Assembly (NCBI GenBank): GCA_030527285.1
Contig: JAUNBC010000007.1
Location: 13,335 to 77,334, forward strand
From: Bacillota bacterium
Lineage (GTDB): Bacteria > Bacillota > Dehalobacteriia > UBA4068
Direction of reading: 5' to 3'
Length of the DNA stretch: 64,000 nt
In this document: piece after piece, positions 45,986 through 54,645 of the stretch
Layout: each line of letters starts with the position of its first letter
Numbering within the stretch: the stretch's first letter is position 1
The notes under the pieces: generated by a model
Databases searched by the model: none
What the model saw: only the letters and a program-made list of their open reading frames with translations
Told to the model about the DNA's origin: nothing
Made by a program: the position numbers and the translations under genes

Positions 45986-46522
45986 ATGTTTGATTCCGAA
46001 CAAAACTATATACATAACCGCCGGTTATCGCTATCCGTGGCCGAGGATAATAACGGATTGATAATCCATCAGCGGCGGCTGCGCGGCTGGCGCTTCGGCG
46101 CGCATGGCAGCGACTATAACGGCTGCGGCTGGATCGCCGCCTACAATGCGCTGCTGCTGCTGGGCCGTCCGGCTGACGCGGCGGAGCTGATACGCGAATT
46201 AGAGGGCGGGCTGCTGATCGGCGGCACGCTCGGCGTAGCGCCCTCCGCCCTGACGCGATTGCTGCGGCGGCACGGCTGCACGGTGCGCACCAGCTACGGC
46301 CTGCGTCATGCCGCGCCCCCGCGCACGGGACGGGTGTTGATCTACGGCTTTCTGCGGCGCGGCCTGGGCGGCGGGCATTTCGTGGCCGCCCAACGGCGCG
46401 ACGGCGCATACAGCTTCTATAACGACCGCGGCGTCTTTCACGGCGGCTGGGATCAATTCGCCGCGCGCGAGCCTGCGCGCGCTCATGCGCTGCTGCTGAT
46501 CGACGCGGAGGGCGCGCGATGA
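45986..46522 (+). CDS. Papain-like (C39/BtrH-like) cysteine peptidase-fold protein
   Basis: 178 aa. Candidate Cys (YNGCGWIAAYNAL) and His (GGGHFVAA) dyad in the order and spacing of C39-like folds. The assignment is tentative. Confidence 0.5.
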   Translation: MFDSEQNYIHNRRLSLSVAEDNNGLIIHQRRLRGWRFGAHGSDYNGCGWIAAYNALLLLGRPADAAELIRELEGGLLIGGTLGVAPSALTRLLRRHGCTVRTSYGLRHAAPPRTGRVLIYGFLRRGLGGGHFVAAQRRDGAYSFYNDRGVFHGGWDQFAAREPARAHALLLIDAEGAR

Positions 46523-47151
46523 GCGCCCGCCTCTATATCGCCGACTTGCGGCGGCTGGACGAGGGAGCGCGGCTGCCGACGGGCTTCCCTGAGCGCTATC
46601 AGCGGCGGCTGGAGCATTGCCCGCATGCCGCGGGACGGCGGCAGCTGATCGGCGGGGCGCTGCTGCTGGCGGCGGCGCTGGGCGCGGATATCGGCGCGCG
46701 TCTGCGCTATGACGAACGCGGCAAGCCCTATGCCGAAAGCGGGCCGCGCTTCAACCTCAGCCATTCCGGCCGGCTGCTGGCGTTGGCGGTGGCCGACGCG
46801 GCGGTGGGCGTGGATATCGAGCAATACCGCGCGCTCGACTATCTGCGGCTGGCGCGGCGCTGTTTCAGCGCCGGCGAGCTGGAGCTGCTGGAGCAGGCGG
46901 CGGATAAACAGGCGGCCTTCTTCGCCCTGTGGACGCTGCGCGAAAGCTACGTCAAATCCCGCGGCCTTGCTCTGCCCTGGGGCAATACCTGCTTTGAGGT
47001 CTATACCGACGCCGCGCGGCAGCCGCAGGCGCGCCTTAACGGCTGCAGCTTCTTTCGCTATCAGCATATCCCCGGCTATGCGCTGGCGCTATGCCTGCAA
47101 GCAGACAACGCCGCGCCGCCTGTATTGCAGTATATCGACGTCGGCGCATAA
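46519..47151 (+). CDS. 4'-phosphopantetheinyl transferase (Sfp type)
   Basis: FNLSHSG..VGVDIE..WTLRESYVK motifs. Start overlaps the upstream stop (ATGA). Confidence 0.8.
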   Translation: MSARLYIADLRRLDEGARLPTGFPERYQRRLEHCPHAAGRRQLIGGALLLAAALGADIGARLRYDERGKPYAESGPRFNLSHSGRLLALAVADAAVGVDIEQYRALDYLRLARRCFSAGELELLEQAADKQAAFFALWTLRESYVKSRGLALPWGNTCFEVYTDAARQPQARLNGCSFFRYQHIPGYALALCLQADNAAPPVLQYIDVGA

Positions 47152-47210
47152 AAAAACCCCGTCTTGAGGCGGCGCAGCTTAAAAAGGCGCGCTGCCTAAG
47201 ACGGGGCTTT
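47151..47210. terminator. Bidirectional terminator hairpin
   Basis: AAAAAACCCCGTCTT..(inner stem)..AAGACGGGGCTTT. Confidence 0.55.
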
Positions 47211-47227
47211 GGTTCGCGGTGACAGGG

Positions 47228-47380
47228 CTATTGCCGCGGCTGTTCGGGCGGCTGCTCGCCCTCGTGGAAGCGGCAGGCGGCCAGCGTGCATTTGCCGTTC
47301 TCATCGGCGAACATGCAGGAATCCAAATACTGAATGCAAAAGCCCCAGCCGTCGTCGGCCTTGACAAAAGCGCGATTCAT
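47228..47380 (-). CDS. Small Cys-rich protein (50 aa), unannotated in the track
   Basis: My translation gives MNRAFVKADDGWGFCIQYLDSCMFADENGKCTLAACRFHEGEQPPEQPRQ. AGGAGGGG lies 5 nt upstream of the ATG. The overlapping 62-aa track ORF (other frame) has no RBS. Confidence 0.45.
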   Translation of the reverse strand: MNRAFVKADDGWGFCIQYLDSCMFADENGKCTLAACRFHEGEQPPEQPRQ

Positions 47381-47529
47381 CTTATCCCCTCCTATACGCC
47401 GTATTACCTGCCCATCATAGCAAAAATGCCGGCAAAAAGCAAGAATAAAAAGATTTGCCTTTTATGTCATAATAAGATAGAATTGAATTGCTGTGAATAC
47501 TCAGTAAAAAATCATCAGGAGGTTCTATA

Positions 47530-47886
47530 ATGGCTGATAAAAACATCAACAAAAAATTACTCAAGGGTTTGCTCGGCAATCTCGATCTGGACGATCTGGG
47601 CTCGCTGACCGATCTGCTGGGCGGCGAAAAGGAAGCAAGCGCCTCCGCCGCCAAGGAGCAGGGTTTGCAAATATCCGACCTGCTGGACGGCATCGACCTC
47701 AAGGATCTCAAAGCCCTGCTCGATAAAGACGGCGACGGCGATATCGACGTCGATCTCGATAATATACCGATGCTCAAGGGCAAAAACCTTGACGCCGTGG
47801 TCGAGATGCTCGCCAAACTGGTCGGCAAAAAAGAGGGCAAGAGCTCCGGCGACGTGCTGGGAAAATTGCTGAGCAATATTTTTTAG
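47530..47886 (+). CDS. Acidic hypothetical protein with a DKDGDGDID calcium-loop-like motif
   Basis: 118 aa. AGGAGG RBS, with promoter TTGCCT-17-TAGAAT upstream. Confidence 0.5.
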   Translation: MADKNINKKLLKGLLGNLDLDDLGSLTDLLGGEKEASASAAKEQGLQISDLLDGIDLKDLKALLDKDGDGDIDVDLDNIPMLKGKNLDAVVEMLAKLVGKKEGKSSGDVLGKLLSNIF

Positions 47887-47944
47887 TCCCTGCCCACCGG
47901 CGCTATGCGCCGCTAAAGCTCACCGGCGAGCAAGGAGCAGCGTC

Positions 47945-48613
47945 ATGGAGTATCATCTGCTGGAACATATCACCTTCAAACCCGACAGCGAGACTTTCTT
48001 TGCCGAGATGCGTCTGTCCGCCGACTCCCCGCGCCACGCCGCCTGCCGCCGCCTGCTCGACGAGGCGGCCACGCTGGCGCGTCCGCGCGCCATATGGCTG
48101 CAAGCCGATATCAAGCAGCTCGACGGCAGCGGTATGACGCTGGGCGGCCAGCGCTTCCATAGCAGTTTGTTCAGCCGGCAATTTCAGCCGGGGCAAACCG
48201 TGTACCCCTTCCTCGCCAGCTGCGGGCCGGAGATCGACGCCTGGCAGGAAAGCTATCGCGGCGAGCTGCTGCGGCAATTCTGGGCGGACGCTATCGCCGA
48301 GAAGGCGCTGCGCACAGCCGTCGCCGCGCTGGAGGACAAGATAACGAAGCTGGTAGAAAACCGCTATCTGGCCTCCTATAATCCCGGTTCGCTGCCCGTC
48401 TGGCCGCTGGAGGAGCAAAAACCGCTGTTCGCGCTGTTCGGCAAGGCGGCGGAAGAGGTCGGCGTGCAACTGACCGAATACTGCATGATGCGGCCGCAAA
48501 AGAGCGTATCGGGTATATATTTCAGCTCCCCGGCCGAATACAACAACTGCCAATTCTGCCCGCGCCTGCGCTGCCCCTCGCGTAAGGCTGAATTCAGCGG
48601 CGCCTGCTGCTGA
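47945..48613 (+). CDS. Methionine-synthase activation-domain-like protein (Met_synt_B12 family)
   Basis: 222 aa. GxxxPGS-type core and a C-terminal Cys cluster (CQFCPRLRCPSRK..CC), as in stand-alone clostridial homologues. Confidence 0.65.
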   Translation: MEYHLLEHITFKPDSETFFAEMRLSADSPRHAACRRLLDEAATLARPRAIWLQADIKQLDGSGMTLGGQRFHSSLFSRQFQPGQTVYPFLASCGPEIDAWQESYRGELLRQFWADAIAEKALRTAVAALEDKITKLVENRYLASYNPGSLPVWPLEEQKPLFALFGKAAEEVGVQLTEYCMMRPQKSVSGIYFSSPAEYNNCQFCPRLRCPSRKAEFSGACC

Positions 48614-48684
48614 CAGCGCGGCGGCAATAGCGGTGCCATACCCGGCGTCCAATATGACTGCATACCCAGATTATCATAAGGAGG

Positions 48685-49971
48685 ATGAACATGAAATATT
48701 CTGAGCTTGACCGAGCGCAACTGCTGCGATTACAGGAGCAATTACGCGCCGACTATCAGCAATTCGCCGCCCGCGACCTGCATCTGGATATGTCGCGCGG
48801 CAAGCCCTCCGGCGAGCAGCTCGATCTGTCGCTGCCGCTGCTGCATGTGCTCGACGATCACAACTTCATCGCCGAAAACGGCATGGACGTGCGCAATTAC
48901 GGCGAATACCGCGGCATACCCGAGGCGCGGCGGCTGTTCGCGCAGATCTTCGACGTGCCGGCGGAGCAGGTGCTGGTCGGCGGCAATTCCAGCATCAACA
49001 TGATCTGCGACGCGCTCAAACGCTGCTTCCTCAACGGCGCGCTGCCGGGAGATACGCCCTGGGCCAAGCTGGATAAGGTCAAATTCATCTGCCCCGTACC
49101 CGGCTATGACTGGCATTTTCATATCTGCGAAACCTTTGGCATCGAGATGATAGCGGTGGAGATGGATGAGCATGGCCCGCTGATGGACGAGGTAGAGCGG
49201 CTGGTTGCCGCCGACCCGTCGATCAAGGGCATGATCACCGTACCGATGTACTCCAACCCCAGCGGCGTCACCTATTCCGACGAGGTGGTGCGCCGTCTGG
49301 CCGCCATGCCTGCCGCCGCGCATGATTTCCGGCTGATCTGGGATAACGCCTATTGCCTGCATCATCTGTACGACGACAAGCGCGACCGTTTAGCGAACAT
49401 TTACACCGCCTGCGAGCAGGCCGGTCATGCCGACCGCGTGCTGATGTTCACCTCCACCTCCAAGATCACCACCGCCGGCAGCGGCATCTGCGCGATGGCC
49501 GCCTCGCCCGCTAATATCGAATACGCCGCCTCGCTGATCATGTATCAGCTGGTCTGCTATGACAAACTCAATCAGCTGCGCCATTGCCGCTTCCTGCCCG
49601 ATCTGGCGGCGGTAGAGGCGCATATGCGCCGTCACGCGGCGATATTGCGCCCCAAATTCGACACGGTGCTGGACACGCTGGACAAAGAGATCGCGCCGCT
49701 GGGCATCGCCCATTGGCATCGCCCGCTGGGCGGCTATTTTGTCTGCTTTTATGCGCCGGACGGCTGCGCCAAACGCATCGTGCAGCTATGCAAGGACGCC
49801 GGCGTGACCCTGACTCCGGCCGGCGCTCCTTATCCGCATGGTATCGACCCGCATGATAACACCATCCGCATCGCGCCCACCTATCCGCCGCTCGAGGAAT
49901 TGCGGCAGGTGATGGTGCTGTTCGTCATCGCCGTCAAGTTGGCGGCGGTGGAGAAGCTGCTGAACGAATGA
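48685..49971 (+). CDS. PLP-dependent aminotransferase (fold type I)
   Basis: 428 aa. NPSG, DNAY and the STSKIT (PLP Lys) motifs in class I/II order. Confidence 0.8.
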   Translation: MNMKYSELDRAQLLRLQEQLRADYQQFAARDLHLDMSRGKPSGEQLDLSLPLLHVLDDHNFIAENGMDVRNYGEYRGIPEARRLFAQIFDVPAEQVLVGGNSSINMICDALKRCFLNGALPGDTPWAKLDKVKFICPVPGYDWHFHICETFGIEMIAVEMDEHGPLMDEVERLVAADPSIKGMITVPMYSNPSGVTYSDEVVRRLAAMPAAAHDFRLIWDNAYCLHHLYDDKRDRLANIYTACEQAGHADRVLMFTSTSKITTAGSGICAMAASPANIEYAASLIMYQLVCYDKLNQLRHCRFLPDLAAVEAHMRRHAAILRPKFDTVLDTLDKEIAPLGIAHWHRPLGGYFVCFYAPDGCAKRIVQLCKDAGVTLTPAGAPYPHGIDPHDNTIRIAPTYPPLEELRQVMVLFVIAVKLAAVEKLLNE

Positions 49972-50253
49972 TTGACGGCGCGGCCGTCGTCCATAGCTGA
50001 AGAAAGCGGGCGAACAAATAGTTCGCCCGCTTTTTGCCGTATGGCGCGCCCTTTTTTTCTTAATCCAACACCGCCGCCTGCGCCGCGCGCCCGATACGCG
50101 CATGCGCTATTTTTTTATCCGCGGAACTATGCACTATCTTTTTATTCTCGGGCATGCTATAATGTAAAATACAAGGTTTTTGCTGCAATCAGGCAGCCGC
50201 CTCCGCAACGGCGTGCAGCCGCATCAGCATGGCATGAGAAAGGAGCAACTGTT

Positions 50254-53200
50254 TTGAAAAAGAAAAAAAATCTGCGCAAATGGATAATCGGTATAGTTAT
50301 CGCGGCGGTACTGCTGTTTACGGCGCTGATCCGCTTCATCACCGATTATTTGTGGTTCAAGGAATTAGGCTATGTGAGCGTGTTTTTCAAAGAGCTGGTC
50401 ACGCAGCTGGAATTCGGCATACCGGCCTTCATCGTCATCACCGCCATCGCCTTTTTCTATCTGCTGGGGCTGAAAAAAGGCTACTATAAAAAGGTAGACA
50501 TTGAAGACATGAGCGCCACGCCGGAGAAGCGCGTCAACTTTGCCGCGCTGGGCGTGTCGATGGTTTTCGGTCTGATCGTCGCCATTGCGGTGGCCGGTTC
50601 GCTGTGGTTCCAGATATTGCAGTACATCAACAGCACCGATTTCGGCATCGCCGATCCCATCTTTGACCGCGACGTTTCCTTCTATATCTTCAAACTCGAA
50701 TTCATCACCCGCGTCAACGGCCTGCTGATCGGCATCCTGCTCGGCTTTGCCGCCGTGATCGTCGTCTTCTACTTGATACTGCTGGTGATGCGCAAGCCCC
50801 GGCTGTATAGCGAGGGCGAGGCCAGCTCGCCTGATGACGGCGAGCCGCAGCGCAACTGGCAATCCGCGCAGAACAATCTCGGCGATATGTTCGGCGGTAT
50901 GTTCAGCGGTATGTTCGGCGGAGCAGCCGCGCCGCCGCGCCCGCCCAAACAGCAACCGCGGCAAATGGACAAGGGCACGATGAAGGAGCTGCTCGGCATC
51001 GCCTCCAATCAGCTCAAGGTGCTGGGCGTGCTGTTCTTCCTCGCCGTCGGCTTCAACTTCTTCCTCAAGCAATACACCCTGCTATATACCAGCAGCTCCG
51101 GCGTGGTTTACGGCGCCGGCTTCGCCAATATCAACGTCACGCTGTGGATGTACAGGCTGCTGGTCGTGCTGGCGCTGGTGGCGGCGGTAATGTTCGTGAT
51201 CGGCGTGAGCAAGCGCAAGCTGCGCACCACCTTGATCGCGCCGCTGGCAATGATAGCGGTGCTGATCCTGGGCGGCGTGGCTACCTCATTGGTGCAGAAC
51301 CTGATCGTCGATCCCGATGAGATCAACAAGGAATATGAGTATTTGGAGAATAATATCGCCTTTACCCGCTATGCCTATGACTTGCAGGACATCACGATAC
51401 GCGAGTTTGCCGCCACCAACGACCTGTCGCTCGAGGACGTGCTGAATAATGCCGAGACTATCGCCAATATCCGCATCAACGACTATGAGCCGGCGGAGAA
51501 ATTTTACAATCAGACACAGTCGATACGCCTCTACTACAAGTTTACCGACGTAGACGTGGATCGCTATATGGTGGACGGCGATTATACGCAGGTATTCCTC
51601 TCGGCGCGTGAGATCGACGAGGCGGCGATCACCGATCAATGGCTGTCCACGCATCTCAAATATACGCATGGCTACGGCATCACGCTGTCGCGCGTGGACA
51701 AGGTCACCGAGTCCGGCCAGCCGGATATGCTGATCGACAGCATCCCGCCCATCTCCGACGTGCCGGAGATCCAGATCACCCGTCCGGAGATATACTTCGG
51801 CGAGAATACCGATAACTATATCATCGTCAATACCGACGAGCTGGAATTCGACTATCCCTCCGGCGATAACAACGTCTACTCCACCTATGAGGGCAATGCC
51901 GGTATCAAGCTCAATCTGTTCAACCGCCTGCTGTTCGCCATCCGCGAGGGCAGCATCAAGCTGCTGGTATCGACGAATATCAACGCCGATTCCAATATCA
52001 TCATCAACCGCAATATCGTTGACCGCGTGCAGCAGATCGCGCCCTTCCTCAGCTACGACGACGATCCCTATATCGTCTCGGCGGACGGCGGCCTGTACTG
52101 GATCATCGACGCTTATACCATATCCAGCTACTACCCCTATTCCGAGCCGTACACCCTCGGCAGCTCGGTCAATTATATACGCAACTCGGTCAAGGTCGTG
52201 ATCGACGCTTATAACGGCGATACCAATTTCTATCTGGTGGACGATAGCGACCCGATCGCGGTAACGCTGCAAAAGATCTATCCTTCGCTGTTCAAGGATT
52301 TCTCCGCGATGCCGGAAGGGCTGCAAAGCCATATCCGTTACCCGAATACGCTGTTCACCATCCAGGCCAACGTCTACACCAAGTATCATATGACCGACGT
52401 TAACGTCTTCTATCAGAACGAGGACGGCTGGGATATCGCCACCGAGGTCTACGGTACCGAGACCACGACCATGACCCCCAACTACTATATCATGAAGCTG
52501 CCCGGCGAACAGGACGCGGAATTCATCAATTCCGTACCCTATACGCCTACCGGCAAATTCAATATGACGGCGCTGCTGATCGCCCGCAACGACGGCGAGA
52601 ATTACGGCGAGCTGGTGCTGTTCCAGCTGCCCAAGGATCGCATCATCTACGGGCCGCAGCAGATCGAGGCGCAGATCAATCAGCATACGGAGATCGCGCA
52701 GGACTTCACGCTGTGGAGCTCGGCCGGTTCCACCTATACGCGCGGCAATCTGTTCGTCGTGCCGATAGAGACCTCGCTGATGTACGTCGAGCCGATCTAT
52801 CTCGAATCCGCCAATTCCTCGCTGCCCGAGGTCAAGCGCGTGATCATCTACTACGATGAGCGCATCGCCTATGCGGAAACGCTGGCCGAGGCTCTTGAGG
52901 ATATGTTCGGCGAAGGCGCCAGCGCCGTGCTCAGCGATACCAGCCTGCAGGTCGAGGACGTGCTGGAGCAGTTAGCGCAAAACGGCGGCGAAAGCGGCGG
53001 CATCAGCGACGGCGAGGACACGGAAGGCACCGCCGTCGTGACGCCGGAATTGAGCTTTGACGAGCTGGCGCAAAAGGCCAACGAGGCCTATGAAAGCGCC
53101 GTCTCCGCGCAGCGAAACGGCGACTGGGCCGCCTATGGCCGCTATTTGCAGCAATTGGAGGAATACCTGCGGCAATTAGTCGGCGAGGAGGAAACGGCGG

Positions 53201-53271
53201 AGGATCAAGAGGCAGCGCTGACCACCGATATCAACACCGCGCTGCCGCAAGACGCCGGTAGCGCCGAGTAG
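50254..53271 (+). CDS. UPF0182-family large membrane protein
   Basis: TTG start 8 nt after AAAGGAG. N-terminus LKKKKNLRKWIIGIV..YLWFKELGYVSVF, seven or more TM segments, then a large extracytoplasmic domain. The track extension 49972-50253 is rejected. Confidence 0.8.
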   Translation: MKKKKNLRKWIIGIVIAAVLLFTALIRFITDYLWFKELGYVSVFFKELVTQLEFGIPAFIVITAIAFFYLLGLKKGYYKKVDIEDMSATPEKRVNFAALGVSMVFGLIVAIAVAGSLWFQILQYINSTDFGIADPIFDRDVSFYIFKLEFITRVNGLLIGILLGFAAVIVVFYLILLVMRKPRLYSEGEASSPDDGEPQRNWQSAQNNLGDMFGGMFSGMFGGAAAPPRPPKQQPRQMDKGTMKELLGIASNQLKVLGVLFFLAVGFNFFLKQYTLLYTSSSGVVYGAGFANINVTLWMYRLLVVLALVAAVMFVIGVSKRKLRTTLIAPLAMIAVLILGGVATSLVQNLIVDPDEINKEYEYLENNIAFTRYAYDLQDITIREFAATNDLSLEDVLNNAETIANIRINDYEPAEKFYNQTQSIRLYYKFTDVDVDRYMVDGDYTQVFLSAREIDEAAITDQWLSTHLKYTHGYGITLSRVDKVTESGQPDMLIDSIPPISDVPEIQITRPEIYFGENTDNYIIVNTDELEFDYPSGDNNVYSTYEGNAGIKLNLFNRLLFAIREGSIKLLVSTNINADSNIIINRNIVDRVQQIAPFLSYDDDPYIVSADGGLYWIIDAYTISSYYPYSEPYTLGSSVNYIRNSVKVVIDAYNGDTNFYLVDDSDPIAVTLQKIYPSLFKDFSAMPEGLQSHIRYPNTLFTIQANVYTKYHMTDVNVFYQNEDGWDIATEVYGTETTTMTPNYYIMKLPGEQDAEFINSVPYTPTGKFNMTALLIARNDGENYGELVLFQLPKDRIIYGPQQIEAQINQHTEIAQDFTLWSSAGSTYTRGNLFVVPIETSLMYVEPIYLESANSSLPEVKRVIIYYDERIAYAETLAEALEDMFGEGASAVLSDTSLQVEDVLEQLAQNGGESGGISDGEDTEGTAVVTPELSFDELAQKANEAYESAVSAQRNGDWAAYGRYLQQLEEYLRQLVGEEETAEDQEAALTTDINTALPQDAGSAE

Positions 53272-53384
53272 CGTCGTCTGAATAAAAGCCGTTCTGCGGG
53301 GAGATGCTGAACAAGCATGCCTTGGCAGGACGGCTTTTTTGCGCTATAATGATAGCGACGGCAAACAAAAACGGAGGAACGCCG

Positions 53385-54611
53385 ATGTTAGAGGTACAAA
53401 GCGCCGCGCAGGTGCTGCAACTGATAGCTGAGCGTCTGCGGCCGCTGGGCGCGGACGAGCGTCCGCTGCCGCTGGCGCAGGCGGTGGGCCGCGTCAGCGC
53501 CGCCGCGCTGTTCAGCGCCGAGGATATACCCGCCTTTGACCGCAGCACCGTCGACGGCTACGCCCTGCGCGCCGCCGACAGCTACGGCTGCTCGGAAGCG
53601 CTGCCGGCGCGCTTCAAGCTGCTGGGCGCGGTGGAGATGGGCGCGGACAGCGCCTACGCCGTGGGCGAAGGCGAGGCCGTCTACGTGCCGACCGGCGGCG
53701 TGATCCCCGCCGGCTGTGACGCGGCGGCGATGCTCGAATACGCCGAGGAGCCGGGCGACGGCTACGTGTATATACGCAAGCCCGTCGCGCCGGGCAATAA
53801 TCTCATCTACCGCGGCGACGATATCTCCGCCGGCGCAATGCTGCTGCCGGCTCATACGCGCCTGCACGCGCATCATATCGGGCTGCTGGCCGCCGCCGGT
53901 ATCACCGAGCTCGACTGCCTGCGTCTGCCGCGCGTGGCTATCATCTCCAGCGGCGACGAATTGATACCGCCCGGCGAGCAGCCCGCCATCGGGCAAATAC
54001 GCGACGTCAACAGCCACTTCCTCGCGGCGGCGCTGCGCGCGCGCGGCATCGAGGCCAAGCTATGCGGCATCGTGCGCGACGATTATCAGGCGCTGCTGCA
54101 AGCCTCCGCGCAGGCGCTGGCCAAGGCCGATATGCTGCTGATCTCCGGCGGCTCCTCGGTCGGCGTAAAGGATAACACCGCGCGCGTGATCGAGGCGCTG
54201 CCCGGTATGCGATTGCTGGTGCATGGCGTGGCGGTCAAGCCGGGCAAGCCGACGCTGCTCGGCGTCAGCGACGATAATAAGATCGTCTTTGGCCTGCCGG
54301 GTCATCCGCTGTCCGCCTATTTCATCTATCTGCTGTTCGTCGAGGCGGCGCTGGCCAGGCTGAGCGGCGCGCCCGCTGTCCCGCCCGCCCGCCGCACGGC
54401 GCGCATGGCGGTCAATTATCCGAGCAACAGCGGCCGCGAGGAATACGTGCCGGTGACGCTCAGCGACGTTGACGGACAGCTGACGGCGCGGCCCATTTTC
54501 GCCAAAAGCGGGCTGATCGGCCTGCTGTCCGCCGCCGACGGCTATATCCGCATCAGCCGCGAGCAAGAGGGCGCGGCCAAAGGGCAAGCGGTAGAAGTGA
54601 CGCTGTTTTAA
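53385..54611 (+). CDS. moeA: Molybdopterin molybdenumtransferase
   Basis: Start MLEVQSA after GGAGG. MoeA domain order with the FDRSTVDGYA motif and a C-terminal beta-barrel. Confidence 0.85.
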   Translation: MLEVQSAAQVLQLIAERLRPLGADERPLPLAQAVGRVSAAALFSAEDIPAFDRSTVDGYALRAADSYGCSEALPARFKLLGAVEMGADSAYAVGEGEAVYVPTGGVIPAGCDAAAMLEYAEEPGDGYVYIRKPVAPGNNLIYRGDDISAGAMLLPAHTRLHAHHIGLLAAAGITELDCLRLPRVAIISSGDELIPPGEQPAIGQIRDVNSHFLAAALRARGIEAKLCGIVRDDYQALLQASAQALAKADMLLISGGSSVGVKDNTARVIEALPGMRLLVHGVAVKPGKPTLLGVSDDNKIVFGLPGHPLSAYFIYLLFVEAALARLSGAPAVPPARRTARMAVNYPSNSGREEYVPVTLSDVDGQLTARPIFAKSGLIGLLSAADGYIRISREQEGAAKGQAVEVTLF

Positions 54612-54645
54612 CATAGCTTGCGGCCTATCCGCACAAGGAGGAAAT

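Noticed and set aside
49972-50253. N-terminal extensions of track ORFs (49972 for UPF0182, 8961 for feoB, 35050 for gatB, 36753 for gatC, 3513 for hom, 16797 for the binding protein, 53304 for moeA)
   Set aside because: The extensions overlap upstream genes, terminators or promoters and lack an RBS. Internal starts with good SD spacing give canonical N-termini.
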